Numbered from the stretch's first letter, positions 35,920-46,168 are shown. The stretch is DNA of 64,000 bases from Acidobacteriota bacterium (GCA_040005235.1 JBDTZG010000002.1:32001-96000); one strand, 5' to 3'. Numbers and translations: made by a program. Notes: a model not told the origin generated them from the letters alone.

Positions 35920-36972
35920 ATGTTGACGCTGGATTTCGACTACGAGCTGCCCGAGGGGGCGATCGCCGAGCGCCCCGCGCCCCGGGGCGAGAGCCGACTG
36001 CTGGTGCTCGATCGCGCGGAGCCCGAGCGCCACGCTCGGGTCCGCGACCTGCCGGGCCTGCTGCGTCCTGGCGATCTCGTGGTGGTCAACGACACCCGCG
36101 TGATCCCTGCGCGCCTGTTCGCCCGGCGGTCGGGTGGGGAGGAAAGCGCGTTCGGCATCGAGCTGCTGCTGGTCGAAAAGCTTGGGGAGCGCGCCTGGGA
36201 GGTGCTGGCAAAGCCGGGGAAGCGAGTCCGTCCGGGCGCGGTTCTCGACCTGGGGGAGGGGCTATCCGCAGAGGTGGTGGCTCTCCGCGACGACGGCCGC
36301 CGGGAGGTCCGGTTCTCTGCGGAAGTCGAGCCGTACCTCGATCGACTCGGCCACGTGCCCCTTCCTCCCTATATCAAGCGAGCGGACGACGAGGCGGACC
36401 GCGAGCGCTACCAGACGGTGTTCGCCAAGCACCCGGGCGCGATCGCGGCGCCGACCGCCGGGCTTCACCTGTCGACCGAAATCCTTGCCGCTCTTGGAGA
36501 GGCCGGGATCGGCCTTGCGAGCGTGACGCTCCACGTCGGCATCGGCACGTTCAAGCCGGTCACCGCGGACCTGGTTCACGAGCACCGGATGGAGCGCGAG
36601 CGCTGGGAGATTGGCGAGCCGACCGCGGCGGCGATCGAGCGGACGAAGCGGAGCGGCGGTCGGATCGTGGCAATTGGCACCACGGTCGTGCGCGCTTTGG
36701 AATCGGCGGCGGCCGAACCGGACGCTCAGGGAAGCACCGGAGAAATCCGCGCCGGGTCAGGCGCCACGCGGTTGTTCATCACGCCGGGCTATTCGTTTCG
36801 CGCGGTGGATGTCCTGATGACCAATTTCCACCTGCCGTGCTCGACGCTGCTGATGCTGGTCTCGGCGTTCGCCGGGAGGGAGCGGATCCTCGCCGCCTAT
36901 CGCGAGGCGATCGATGCCGGATACCGGTTCTATTCGTATGGCGATGCGATGCTGGTCGAACGAGTGGGTTGA
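35920..36972 (+). CDS. queA: S-adenosylmethionine:tRNA ribosyltransferase-isomerase
   Basis: FDYELP, NDTRVIPARL, PLPPYI, AAPTAGLH, TNFHLP, YRFYSYGDAM. Confidence 0.97.
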   Translation: MLTLDFDYELPEGAIAERPAPRGESRLLVLDRAEPERHARVRDLPGLLRPGDLVVVNDTRVIPARLFARRSGGEESAFGIELLLVEKLGERAWEVLAKPGKRVRPGAVLDLGEGLSAEVVALRDDGRREVRFSAEVEPYLDRLGHVPLPPYIKRADDEADRERYQTVFAKHPGAIAAPTAGLHLSTEILAALGEAGIGLASVTLHVGIGTFKPVTADLVHEHRMERERWEIGEPTAAAIERTKRSGGRIVAIGTTVVRALESAAAEPDAQGSTGEIRAGSGATRLFITPGYSFRAVDVLMTNFHLPCSTLLMLVSAFAGRERILAAYREAIDAGYRFYSYGDAMLVERVG

Positions 36973-36973
36973 A

Positions 36974-38155
36974 TCACTTCTTCCCCAACAATTTCTTATA
37001 GGTCCCGACCAGCGGTTTCAGGCGGACGATCCGTTCGCGCAGCTTCCAGGTGGCGCTCTCCTGGAAATAGGCGATCTCGCCGCGCATGCGGTCGCGCTCG
37101 GCTTCGGCGTTTTCGAGCTTCGCCTTGAGCACGTCGGTGTCGCGCCAGGAGGGGACGAAGCGGTAGAGATACTCGGCGACCGCCCGGCTCTCCGCCAGCA
37201 GGTCGCGCGGCCTGCCGCGATGTTGCTCGATCACCTCGCCGTAGAGCGCGATCAGGTCATCGGTCGATTTTTCGAGATTCGCGGTCTCGCGGATGAAGCG
37301 GCTCGCCGCCGCGGCGTCGGCAGGATCGTACCGTTCGATCTCGGCCAGCAGGAGGTCCGCGTCGAGCCGGCGCTGGAGCGTGCGCAGGCCGAAATTCTCG
37401 CGCCGCAAAGGGGCGACTCTCGCCGCCGTGACCAGCGGTCCGGACCCGGTGGCGTCGCACAGAACCACCGCGGCGCCGACCGCGAGCGCTTCGAGCGCGC
37501 AGCGGGCCTTGGCGAAGATCAGGTCGTACTCGCCGAGCACTTGCTCGGGTACCTGCGCCTCGCGGCCGACGCCCGAACCGATCGCGGCGAATTCGATCCC
37601 GGCGCGCCGACAGGCTTCGGCGCAGATTTCGAGGTGGGTGCCTTGGGTCGCGTAGTTGCTGAACACCAGTGCGCGCTTCGGCTTTTCCGGCAGCGGGGCG
37701 CGTGGACGGAAACGGTCGAGGTCGACGCCGTTTTGCAGCACTCTCACCTGTTCCGGCGGAATCCCCTCCTCCTGCACCAAGCGGTCGCGGCAGGTGTCGT
37801 CGACCGCGACATAGATAAGGATGCGCGGGTGGTGCACGGGGGTCGCCTCGAACGAGTTCCAGGCGTGGGTGACGTGAATCGCCGGGGTGTCGGGAAAGTG
37901 GAGCAGCGCGGTCATCGTCTCCGGATGGTGGTTGCCGTGGATCAGGTCCGGCACCACCGCCATCCGGTCGAGCCGCTCGACCACCGCGACGGTCGACATC
38001 TTGAGCTCGTGAGCGAGGTCGCCTCCTTCGGAGGCGTAGACGATCGGCTCGTGGCCCCGGCGGCGCAGCGCTCGCGCGAGGTCCATCACATACGCTTCAG
38101 AGCCGCTCCGGCGGTTGAGCGTCCGGAGCGTGAGCAGAACGCGGATCGGTTTCAT
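36974..38155 (-). CDS. Glycosyltransferase family 4-like protein
   Basis: SGSEAYVMDLARAL, PDLIHGNH, NGVDLDRF, ALEALAVG. Confidence 0.85.
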   Translation of the reverse strand: MKPIRVLLTLRTLNRRSGSEAYVMDLARALRRRGHEPIVYASEGGDLAHELKMSTVAVVERLDRMAVVPDLIHGNHHPETMTALLHFPDTPAIHVTHAWNSFEATPVHHPRILIYVAVDDTCRDRLVQEEGIPPEQVRVLQNGVDLDRFRPRAPLPEKPKRALVFSNYATQGTHLEICAEACRRAGIEFAAIGSGVGREAQVPEQVLGEYDLIFAKARCALEALAVGAAVVLCDATGSGPLVTAARVAPLRRENFGLRTLQRRLDADLLLAEIERYDPADAAAASRFIRETANLEKSTDDLIALYGEVIEQHRGRPRDLLAESRAVAEYLYRFVPSWRDTDVLKAKLENAEAERDRMRGEIAYFQESATWKLRERIVRLKPLVGTYKKLLGKK

Positions 38156-38165
38156 CGGAGGGCGG

Positions 38166-38951
38166 TCACCCGTTCCCGGCCGCCCAGCCCGCTAGCGCCG
38201 CCGCGATCGGCCGGAGATGCTTTCGGCCGCGAAGCACTTTCTTGTAGTGCCCTTCGGCCACCCGCCGCTCGCCATGGCGTTCGAAGAAAGGCATCTCTTC
38301 ATAGAGCTTCTCGACCGGAATGGAACGTGCCGGCGCCAGGTGCTCGTGGCGAAACGCGATCGGACCGAAGCGCGCAAGCGCCGCTTCGACCTCGCCGGCC
38401 ATCTCAGGGTAAGCGCGTGCCGCGGCGAGCTTCCGCTCAAACGCCGGGTCGTCCAAATAGAGCGAGGGCGGCTCGACGGGCACGTCAAGGCCGTCGCCGG
38501 CCGGGTGCTCTTCGAGCGGAAATTGCAGGTTGAGAAGGCGTCGGCCGTCGCGGGCGAGCCGCGCCACCGCGGCGTTCACTACCAGACGGCAGAGATCGTG
38601 GCTGGGGTTGAACCCCTCCAGCGCATCGCCCGCGACCGTCTCGACCCCGATTTCGCGGATCGCCTCGGCCAGCTCGGCGGCGAGCGCCACGAAGATTTCG
38701 GTCTCGCCGCCCAGCAGGGCGAAATACAGGTCCCGATCGGAGAAACGGCCGTAGATCGAGCCGGGGGTGGCGCCGGCCGCCGCCAGCAGCCGGGTGGTCG
38801 AATCGAGTCTCGGCGCTCCACGCCCCGAGCCGTCGGTCAGCACGAAGACGACCGGCCGAACGCTTTCCAGCCAGCCATGGACGCGCAGCTCATGGCCGGG
38901 ATGAGCGACCACCAGAGCTGTAGGTTGGCAGGGGGGAACGGCTGCTTCCAA
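38166..38951 (-). CDS. LmbE/PIG-L-like hypothetical protein
   Basis: LVVAHPGHE, LTDGSG, EGFNPSHD. Confidence 0.55.
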   Translation of the reverse strand: MEAAVPPCQPTALVVAHPGHELRVHGWLESVRPVVFVLTDGSGRGAPRLDSTTRLLAAAGATPGSIYGRFSDRDLYFALLGGETEIFVALAAELAEAIREIGVETVAGDALEGFNPSHDLCRLVVNAAVARLARDGRRLLNLQFPLEEHPAGDGLDVPVEPPSLYLDDPAFERKLAAARAYPEMAGEVEAALARFGPIAFRHEHLAPARSIPVEKLYEEMPFFERHGERRVAEGHYKKVLRGRKHLRPIAAALAGWAAGNG

Positions 38952-39068
38952 GATCTTTGAAGTCTACCAGTCCAGGCGCCCGGCGGGATCCTCCCGAATC
39001 GTCCGCCGCGCTGCGGCATTCCGGTCGTTCCCGTGGTATACATTCCCTTCGAACCGAGGAGGTCTTGG

Positions 39069-40526
39069 ATGTCCGCCGAGCCGATCGCCGCCCCCGTGTT
39101 GCCGCTCACTCCTCCCTCTCCGCTGCCGCCGCCGAACGATGCGTCGGTGCGGGAAGAGATTTCCGAACGTGCCGACACGGTATGGACCGGCTCCGCCCGG
39201 CGCCCCATCGTCACCGCGGTCGGTCGCGCGGCGCTCCGCGGGGCCCACGGCCGGGTGGCGGTGGTCGACGGTTGCCGGACCCCGTTCGCCAAGGCGGGCA
39301 CCGATCTCTCGAACATGGACGTGGTGGACCTAGCGAGCGCCGCGGCCGGTGAGCTGATCGCTCGTTCCGGGATCGACCCGACCGAGATCGACCTGTCAGT
39401 GTTCGGCTGCGTCATCCCGGCTCTGCATGCCCCGAACCTCGGCCGCGAGGTGGTGTTCCGCCTGTCGCTGCCGCACGACGTCGTGGGAACGACGGTCAAC
39501 CTGGCGTGCGCCTCTTCGAACCGGGCGATGACGTTCGGCGCCGAGGCGATCCTTGCGGGCGAAGCCGAGGTGGTGCTCGCGGGCGGGGCGGAGTCGCTCT
39601 CGAACGTGCCGATCCTTTTCTCGAAGAACGCTTCGCGGATGTTCATGGCGCTCTCGAAAGCCAAGACGCTGCCGCAGAAGCTCGCGGCGATCGCCAAGCT
39701 GCGTCCGGCGGACCTGGCGCCCGTGGCCCCGGCGATCGCCGAATACACGACCGGGCAAACGATGGGCGAATCGGCGGAGAAGATGGCGAAAGAAAACGCA
39801 ATCTCCCGCCGCTCTCAAGACGAGATCGCCCTGATGTCGCACCATCGGGCGGCGGCCGCCGCGGCCGACGGGCGCTTCGCCGAGCAGATCGCGACGGTTT
39901 TTCCACCCCCCGGCTACGACCGGCCGGTCGGCAAAGACAACGGCGTGCGCGCCGAGACCTCGATGGAGGCGCTCGCCAAGCTCAAACCGGTGTTCGACCG
40001 CCGTTACGGCACGCTCACAGCGGGCAATTCGAGCCCATTGACCGATGGCGGGTCGGCCGTCCTCTTGATGTCCGAAGACAAGGCAAAAGCGCTCGGCTAC
40101 CGGCCGCTCGGCTACATTCGCAGCTACGCCTTCTCCGCGGTCGATCCGGCCAATCAGCTGCTCCAGGGGCCGGCTTACGCGGCGCCCGCGGCGCTCGACG
40201 CGGCAGGGGTGACGCTCGCCGACCTCGACCTGGTCGAAATGCACGAGGCGTTCGCGGCGCAGATCCTGTCCAACTTGAAGGGCTTCGCGTCGGCCAAATT
40301 CGCCCGCGAGGAGCTGGGACGGAGCGCGCCGCTCGGGGTCGTCGACTTGGACAAATTCAACGTCACCGGCGGTTCGCTCTCGATCGGCCATCCGTTCGGT
40401 GCGACCGGTGCCCGGGCCGCCATTCAACTGCTCTCGGAGCTGCGCCGAAGGAACGCCAACCTCGGTCTGCTGACCGTCTGCGCGGCCGGCGGCACCGGTT
40501 TCGCGATGGTTTTCGAGCGGGAATAG
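39069..40526 (+). CDS. fadI: 3-ketoacyl-CoA thiolase (FadI-like)
   Basis: DGCRTPF, ACASSN, AGNSSPLTDG, EMHEAFAAQ, GHPFGATG, CAAGG. Confidence 0.88.
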   Translation: MSAEPIAAPVLPLTPPSPLPPPNDASVREEISERADTVWTGSARRPIVTAVGRAALRGAHGRVAVVDGCRTPFAKAGTDLSNMDVVDLASAAAGELIARSGIDPTEIDLSVFGCVIPALHAPNLGREVVFRLSLPHDVVGTTVNLACASSNRAMTFGAEAILAGEAEVVLAGGAESLSNVPILFSKNASRMFMALSKAKTLPQKLAAIAKLRPADLAPVAPAIAEYTTGQTMGESAEKMAKENAISRRSQDEIALMSHHRAAAAAADGRFAEQIATVFPPPGYDRPVGKDNGVRAETSMEALAKLKPVFDRRYGTLTAGNSSPLTDGGSAVLLMSEDKAKALGYRPLGYIRSYAFSAVDPANQLLQGPAYAAPAALDAAGVTLADLDLVEMHEAFAAQILSNLKGFASAKFAREELGRSAPLGVVDLDKFNVTGGSLSIGHPFGATGARAAIQLLSELRRRNANLGLLTVCAAGGTGFAMVFERE

Positions 40527-40542
40527 AGGGAGCGCCCCTCCA

Positions 40543-41826
40543 ATGACCGAGCCGCAAAGCCCAGAAGGAGCCGCCGAAGGCTCGGGTGTCTTTGAAGCCA
40601 TCCGAGCTTCCGAAGGGACCGGAGTTTCCGCCCCGCTCGCTGGCGTGCTGGTCGCCGATTTTTCCCGCCACCTCCCGGGTCCGCTTGCCGCCCGCCTGCT
40701 CGCCGATCTCGGCGCCCGCGTGGTCAAGGTCGAAGAGCCGAGCGCTGGAGATCCGGTGCGTACGGCGCCGCCGACGTCTAGAGGCAACGGTGCTCTGGCG
40801 GCTCTGCTGCTCGCCGGAGTGGAGAGCGTGGCGCTCGATTTGAAGCAGCCGTCCGGCCGCGACGTCGCGGATCGGCTGATCGCCCGCGCCGACGTGCTGC
40901 TCGAAACCTTCCGCCCCGGCACGTTCGCTCGCCTGGGCTGGACCCGCGAGGAGCTTCAGCGGCGATTCCCCCGGCTGATCGTCTGCAGCCTCTCGGGCTG
41001 GGGCCAGGACGGGCCGGCCGCTCCGCGCGCGGGGCATGACCTCACGTACCAGGCGGCGGCCGGCCTGCTCGCGCCGATCGTTGGCGCGCCGGTCGGCCCC
41101 CAGCCTCTGCCGGCGGCGCCGATCGCCGACCTCTCCGGCGCCTGGAGCGCCGTTTCGGCGATCCTCGCCGCATTGCTTCAGCGCGAGCGCACCGGACGGG
41201 GCGCCGCGATCGATGCTTCGCTGTTCGATTCCGCGCTCCATTCGAACTTGCTCGGCTGGGCCGCGGAGGCGGGCGGCGCCAAGCCGGTAGGCCAGCCGCT
41301 CGCGCTCACCGGCGATCTGCCCTGCTATGGCATCTACGAGACCGCCGACAAGAAAAAGGTGGTGCTCGCGTTTCTGGAGGCCCACTTCTGGCATCGCTTC
41401 TGCCACGTCGCCGAGCGCCCCGACCTGGCCGGCAACCATCTCGACCGCGGCGCCGGTTTTCGGCGCAAGCTCGAACGGCTGATTCGCCAGCGCACCCGCG
41501 CGCAATGGACGGAGCTGTACGTCGCCCACGACTTGCCCGCAGGCCCGGTGCTCACCGCGGCCGAGGCGCGCGCGAGCGCTCAAGGACAGGCGCGCGGCGT
41601 GGTCAAAAACGGTGCGGACGGCCTGCCGCGGCTCGCCTTCCCCGCCCGCTTCGACGGCCATCGACCCGCCGCGGCCGAACGCCTCCCCATCCTCGGAGCG
41701 GCGACCGAAGATCTGCTCGAAGAGCTCGGCGCCCCCGAAGCCCGCCAGTCCAAGTGGCGCCGCCGAAAAGCGGGTGTAGGGGCGAGCTTTAGCTGGAAGC
41801 GCCTGCTGCGGCAGCTGGTGCCTTAG
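40543..41826 (+). CDS. CaiB/BaiF family III CoA-transferase
   Basis: DFSRHLPGP, LADLGARVVKVE, ETFRPG, GHDLTY. Confidence 0.92.
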   Translation: MTEPQSPEGAAEGSGVFEAIRASEGTGVSAPLAGVLVADFSRHLPGPLAARLLADLGARVVKVEEPSAGDPVRTAPPTSRGNGALAALLLAGVESVALDLKQPSGRDVADRLIARADVLLETFRPGTFARLGWTREELQRRFPRLIVCSLSGWGQDGPAAPRAGHDLTYQAAAGLLAPIVGAPVGPQPLPAAPIADLSGAWSAVSAILAALLQRERTGRGAAIDASLFDSALHSNLLGWAAEAGGAKPVGQPLALTGDLPCYGIYETADKKKVVLAFLEAHFWHRFCHVAERPDLAGNHLDRGAGFRRKLERLIRQRTRAQWTELYVAHDLPAGPVLTAAEARASAQGQARGVVKNGADGLPRLAFPARFDGHRPAAAERLPILGAATEDLLEELGAPEARQSKWRRRKAGVGASFSWKRLLRQLVP

Positions 41827-41867
41827 TGTTCCCTGCGGGTGGAAGAAAGGCGTAAGATCGCTTTAGC

Positions 41868-42587
41868 GTGCTTGCCAAGACCCCTCCCATCAAGCTTTCC
41901 GATCTGCCGATCCAGCAGGCGGAACCAGAAGCCCTCGTCCGGCATCTAAACTCGGTGGAGCGCCGCAATGCGCCCAAGATCGTCTACTTTTCAGGGAACC
42001 CCGGGTTGTTGAGTAGCCGAGTTCGAGTGGCCGTGGTCGGAGCGCGACGGGCCAGCGAAGATGGGCTTCGACGGGCTGGGCGTTTGGCTCGCGAGTTGAC
42101 GCGCCGCGGAATGCTCGTGGTCAGTGGATTGGCGGAGGGAATCGATACCGCGGCACACCTTGCTGCCATCTCCTCGGGTGGCACCACGGCGGCAGTGCTG
42201 GGCTCGCCCATCGACGTTGCATACCCTGCCAAGAATCTTGAGCTCCAGTGGGAAATCATGAGAGGCCACTTGGCGCTCTCCCAGTTTCCATCAGGTCATC
42301 CGGTGCTCCGAACGAACTTTCCGCAGAGAAATCGGACAATGGCCTTGTTTTCCGATGCCACCGTGATCGTCGAGGCGAGCGATGGCAGCGGGACACTTTC
42401 GCAGGGCTGGGAGGCGATCCGCCTGGGGCGCCCGCTCTTTCTGCTCCGATCGGTAGTCGAAGACCCCTCTCTTCGCTGGCCTGCCGAGATGATGCAATTC
42501 GGAGCCTATTGTCTTGGAGAGCCTGAAGAGCTCTTTGAGGTGCTTCCCACCGAGCCGCCCTTACCGGCGGAATGCCTTGCTTTCTAG
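41868..42587 (+). CDS. DprA/SMF (SLOG) domain protein
   Basis: VAVVGAR, VSGLAEGIDTAAH, FPQRNR, IVEASDGSGT; short form without flanking domains. Confidence 0.9.
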   Translation: MLAKTPPIKLSDLPIQQAEPEALVRHLNSVERRNAPKIVYFSGNPGLLSSRVRVAVVGARRASEDGLRRAGRLARELTRRGMLVVSGLAEGIDTAAHLAAISSGGTTAAVLGSPIDVAYPAKNLELQWEIMRGHLALSQFPSGHPVLRTNFPQRNRTMALFSDATVIVEASDGSGTLSQGWEAIRLGRPLFLLRSVVEDPSLRWPAEMMQFGAYCLGEPEELFEVLPTEPPLPAECLAF

Positions 42588-43224
42588 GGTTGGCTACGGC
42601 ACATTCCTCGCGTATTCGCCGCGCGGAAAGAGTCGTGTCAGTGTAGTTTCGCGCGGCGTTTGTCAGGCGATCAAGGCGGACGGCCCGGGTCCTTTCGACG
42701 ACCAGCCGATGATCGCCTACGCCGTGCGAAGGCTGGTTGCGATGGCGCCTTCGTGCCTCCAAGATTTGCTGGGGGCCGGCAGGTGGCTCGTTCCCGTTCC
42801 AAGCAGCGCACCCTCTCCGCCCCATTCGCCGAATTCCCTTTGGGTACCTCGTCGCATTTGCGAGGAGCTTGTTGAGCAGGGCCTGGGTGCCGGGTTGCTT
42901 CCCTGCCTGAAACGAGAGAGATACATCGGCAAGAACAGCTATGCGGCGACGCGGCGAACACCTGCGGAGCATTACGACTCGATGACGGTGAGCGCACCGG
43001 TGATTCGACCTCCCCAGATCACTCTAGTAGACGACGTGATCACCCAAGGAGCAACAGCCCTCGCAGCGGCAAGCCGCGTGGCCGAAGTATTCCCAGGATC
43101 GGAGATTGGAGTCTTTGCCCTAGTCCGCACACGAGGGCTGGTCGAAGACATTGATTCGATCGTCGACCCGGTATCTGGCTGGATCGTAGAGCGTCAGGGG
43201 CGTGCCTGGCGGGATCACGACTAG
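42514..43224 (+). CDS. Phosphoribosyltransferase-fold protein
   Basis: LVPVPSS and LVDDVITQGAT PRPP-binding motif; true start probably near 42571. Confidence 0.8.
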   Translation: MESLKSSLRCFPPSRPYRRNALLSRVGYGTFLAYSPRGKSRVSVVSRGVCQAIKADGPGPFDDQPMIAYAVRRLVAMAPSCLQDLLGAGRWLVPVPSSAPSPPHSPNSLWVPRRICEELVEQGLGAGLLPCLKRERYIGKNSYAATRRTPAEHYDSMTVSAPVIRPPQITLVDDVITQGATALAAASRVAEVFPGSEIGVFALVRTRGLVEDIDSIVDPVSGWIVERQGRAWRDHD

Positions 43225-43232
43225 GCTCACTC

Positions 43233-44465
43233 CTACGACTCTGACCGTGACGCCGGCGGTTCGGTAGGTATCGCCGGCGGAACGTCCACCGCTTCCACCC
43301 CGTAGCGGCCGATCGCCAGGAGCGTCATGTCGTCCATCAGCGGCTCGTCCGTGACGTGCTCGGCGAAGGCGGCCGAGATCCGTTCGTGGACGACCGCCGG
43401 TGGGCCGCCGAGCTGCACCAGGCGGGTCAGGCGGTCGTAGCCGAAGGTGGTGCCGCTCTCGGTCGTCGCCTCGGGCAGCCCGTCGGTATAGAGGACCAGC
43501 AGATCGCCGGGATCGAGAGTGGTCTCGCCGGTCGGTGGGATCACGGTCTCGGTGGCGCCGAGCGGCAGGCTGCCGGCGCCGATCTCTTCAACCGTGCCGT
43601 CGGCGCGGCGCAGCAACGGGAACGGGTGCCCCGCCGAGACCCAAGCGAGCCTGCCGGTCTCCGGATCGAGCAGGGCGTAGAACAGGGTAAGGAAGGCATG
43701 GCGCCTGCGTTTGCGGCGCAGCGCCCGATGGACCATCGCCGCCACCGCTGCGGGGGAAGGGTCGAAGTCGAGCGCGGTACCGATCGTCGCATGGGCGATC
43801 GCCATCACCAAGCCGGCCGCCATGCCGTGGCCGGTCGCGTCGCAGACCATCAGCGCGAGCCGACCGTCGGGCAACCGGCAGACATCGTAGGCGTCGCCCC
43901 CCACCTCGCGCGCCGTCCGATACGAATGAGCAAAGCAGTAACCGGGCAAGGGAGGTATCTCGCGTGGCAAGAGGCTCGCCTGAAGCTCGCGCGCCACCTC
44001 CAGCTCGTCTCGGACCTCCATCCGATCGACCAGCTCCAAGGCGACCAGCAGGCAGAGTCCGGCGATCGCGACGAAAAATGAGATTCCGCCGAAATCGACT
44101 TTCACGGTCTTGCCGCCACCTAGATTTAGCTGAAAATTGATCAGCGTGAGTAGCGCCGATAGGAGCGACACCGCGAACAGGAACCGGCGGGCGGGAGTGA
44201 GCTTGTACGACAGCCCGAGGAACGCCAAGCGCAGGCCCTCGACGAACCGATGACCCGGATCGCGCGACTGCCCCGCCCGGCGTTCGCGCGTCAACACGTC
44301 GTAGGCCCGCGTGGCGTCGCGAGAGAAGAGCCGACCCAGCTCGCGCCGGCTCATCCCGGCGGTGTATTCGCGCAGAAACCCCTCCGCCTCGGCGAACGCC
44401 GGACGCTTGGGCTTCTTTTCGCGCCCTTCCTTGGCGCGCCGCTTCGCTTTGGCCATGACCAACAT
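43233..44465 (-). CDS. PP2C/SpoIIE (RsbU-like) membrane phosphatase
   Basis: ARELQASLLP, VGGDAYD, DATGHG, SAGHP, LYTDGL, DDMT. Confidence 0.93.
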   Translation of the reverse strand: MLVMAKAKRRAKEGREKKPKRPAFAEAEGFLREYTAGMSRRELGRLFSRDATRAYDVLTRERRAGQSRDPGHRFVEGLRLAFLGLSYKLTPARRFLFAVSLLSALLTLINFQLNLGGGKTVKVDFGGISFFVAIAGLCLLVALELVDRMEVRDELEVARELQASLLPREIPPLPGYCFAHSYRTAREVGGDAYDVCRLPDGRLALMVCDATGHGMAAGLVMAIAHATIGTALDFDPSPAAVAAMVHRALRRKRRRHAFLTLFYALLDPETGRLAWVSAGHPFPLLRRADGTVEEIGAGSLPLGATETVIPPTGETTLDPGDLLVLYTDGLPEATTESGTTFGYDRLTRLVQLGGPPAVVHERISAAFAEHVTDEPLMDDMTLLAIGRYGVEAVDVPPAIPTEPPASRSES

Positions 44466-44503
44466 CCTACGCTGGTCGAAGGGAAGGGTTGCGGAAGCCT
44501 CCC

Positions 44504-44779
44504 CTACCGCGCCAGCAAACTCGCCAGCTCGTCCGGGTGGGGGCTTCTCACCCGCGCCTCCTCAAGGGTGACCACCTGGCTGCGCACCAGGCCGCTCGCG
44601 CCGCGGCGGGCCATCTCGGAGAGCAGCGCTTCGAGCGGCTCGCCTTCGTCCACCCGCGACAGGCGGGCCGGCACGAGTCGGGAAGCGTCGCCGCCCGGCG
44701 CCGCCGCGGGTTTCTCCCGGTTCTGGTTCAATTGCTCGACCAGCCGGTCGAGGTCGGGATCGCGCAAGAGTTCGGACAT
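44504..44779 (-). pseudogene. Internally deleted PilT/PilU-like ATPase remnant
   Basis: LEALLSEMARRGAS (PilT N-terminus-like) fused in frame to LVRSQVVTLEEARVRSPHPDELASLL (PilT C-terminus-like). Confidence 0.55.
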
Positions 44780-44998
44780 GGCGTAACGAAAGGGCTCAGC
44801 TCTCCGCCAGAAGTTCCTAGAGCATACGGCGGTCCTCGGCGAAGCGTCGCCACGAACCCGGCGGCGGGTGAGTCGGGTTAGGATACCGCCAGTGTCAGGT
44901 GGTGAGTATCCCGCGTAGTTTTGGGCTCTTCGGGAAGCCGCAAACGTTGCATTTACAAGCGCTCACGCGCTCTCTCGCGAAGAAATAGGAGAACACTC

Positions 44999-46150
44999 AT
45001 GCGCAACAGCACTCTTCTTCGGCACACCGCGGTCGCCATCGCCCTCTCGGCGATCGCGGCGATCGCGGCCCCCGCCTCGGCCTTCGCCGCGGGCAACGCG
45101 GTGGGTAAGGAAAACACCGACAAGACCAACGCTATCAACTACTGGACCCCCGAGATGATCCGTAGCGCCCGGCCGTTGCCGCTGCCGAAGGTCTCGGCAG
45201 ACACCCGCGCCGCGAACGCGACCGAAGCCAACGCGGTCGAGGCCAACAGCGTGCCGACGGGAGCCAATGGCGCTCCGCCGAAAGCCAACGCCGCCGCTCT
45301 GGCGACCCGGCTGTTGAGCCAGGACGACGCGGCGGAGATCGCCGCCGCCCGAGCCGCGATCGAAGCGTATGACCTCGAAGGCGACAACTTCGGCACGCTC
45401 AACGCGCAGTTTTCGAGCACCCGCGTGTTTCCCGACTCCGCGACCGTCGCCTATCCCTACCTCACGGTGGGCAAGCTGTTCTTCACCATCCCGGGCCAGG
45501 GCAACTTCATCTGCTCGGGCAGCACCCTGCGTCGGCGCGTGATCTTGACCGCCGGTCATTGCGTCCACAACGGCAACGGCAACGTGAGCGGCTATTACAC
45601 CAATTTCATGTTCGTTCCGGCCTATCGGAACGGCGTGGCGCCGGCCGGCGTGTGGGATTGGCAGTACGTCAACACCACGGCGACCTGGTTCAATGGCAAT
45701 TCCGTGTTCCCGAACTCGGCGGACTACGCGATGATCGAGCCGCGCGACATCGGCTCCAACATCATCGGCAATATCACCGGCTTCCTCGGCTATCAGACCC
45801 TCAAGCTGTTCCCGAACCACGCCCACCTGCTCGGCTATCCCGCGAACCACGACAGCGGCGAGCGGATGCACGAGGTCACCTCGGAGAGCCTGCGGAAGAC
45901 CAATCCGAACGCGGTCGAGTACGGTTCCGACATGCGAGGCGGCTCCTCGGGCGGTCCGTGGGTGCAGAATTTCGGCGTCGTCGCCTCGGGTCAGACCGGT
46001 GGCAGCAACACCGGATCGAACCGGGTGATCGGCATCACCTCGTATGGCTTCGTCTCGACCACCCCGCTGATTCAGGGCAGCTCGGTCCCCGACAGCCGTT
46101 TCACCTCGCTCCTGACCGTCCTCTGTAACCACCGCTCCGGCAACTGCTAG
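44999..46150 (+). CDS. Secreted trypsin-like (S1/V8-like) serine protease
   Basis: Signal peptide; YWTPE propeptide; CSG, LTAGHC, DYA, GGSSGGPW. Confidence 0.92.
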   Translation: MRNSTLLRHTAVAIALSAIAAIAAPASAFAAGNAVGKENTDKTNAINYWTPEMIRSARPLPLPKVSADTRAANATEANAVEANSVPTGANGAPPKANAAALATRLLSQDDAAEIAAARAAIEAYDLEGDNFGTLNAQFSSTRVFPDSATVAYPYLTVGKLFFTIPGQGNFICSGSTLRRRVILTAGHCVHNGNGNVSGYYTNFMFVPAYRNGVAPAGVWDWQYVNTTATWFNGNSVFPNSADYAMIEPRDIGSNIIGNITGFLGYQTLKLFPNHAHLLGYPANHDSGERMHEVTSESLRKTNPNAVEYGSDMRGGSSGGPWVQNFGVVASGQTGGSNTGSNRVIGITSYGFVSTTPLIQGSSVPDSRFTSLLTVLCNHRSGNC

Positions 46151-46168
46151 GCGAAATCTGCTGTTCCC

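Noticed and set aside
34389-38533. 870-aa and 539-aa + strand ORFs
   Set aside because: Arg/Gly/Pro-rich off-frame or antisense overlaps of the permeases, queA and the glycosyltransferase
41868-43224. Competence locus dprA-comF
   Set aside because: Lacks the ComF zinc finger and DprA accessory domains; composition and pairing fit a defence module better
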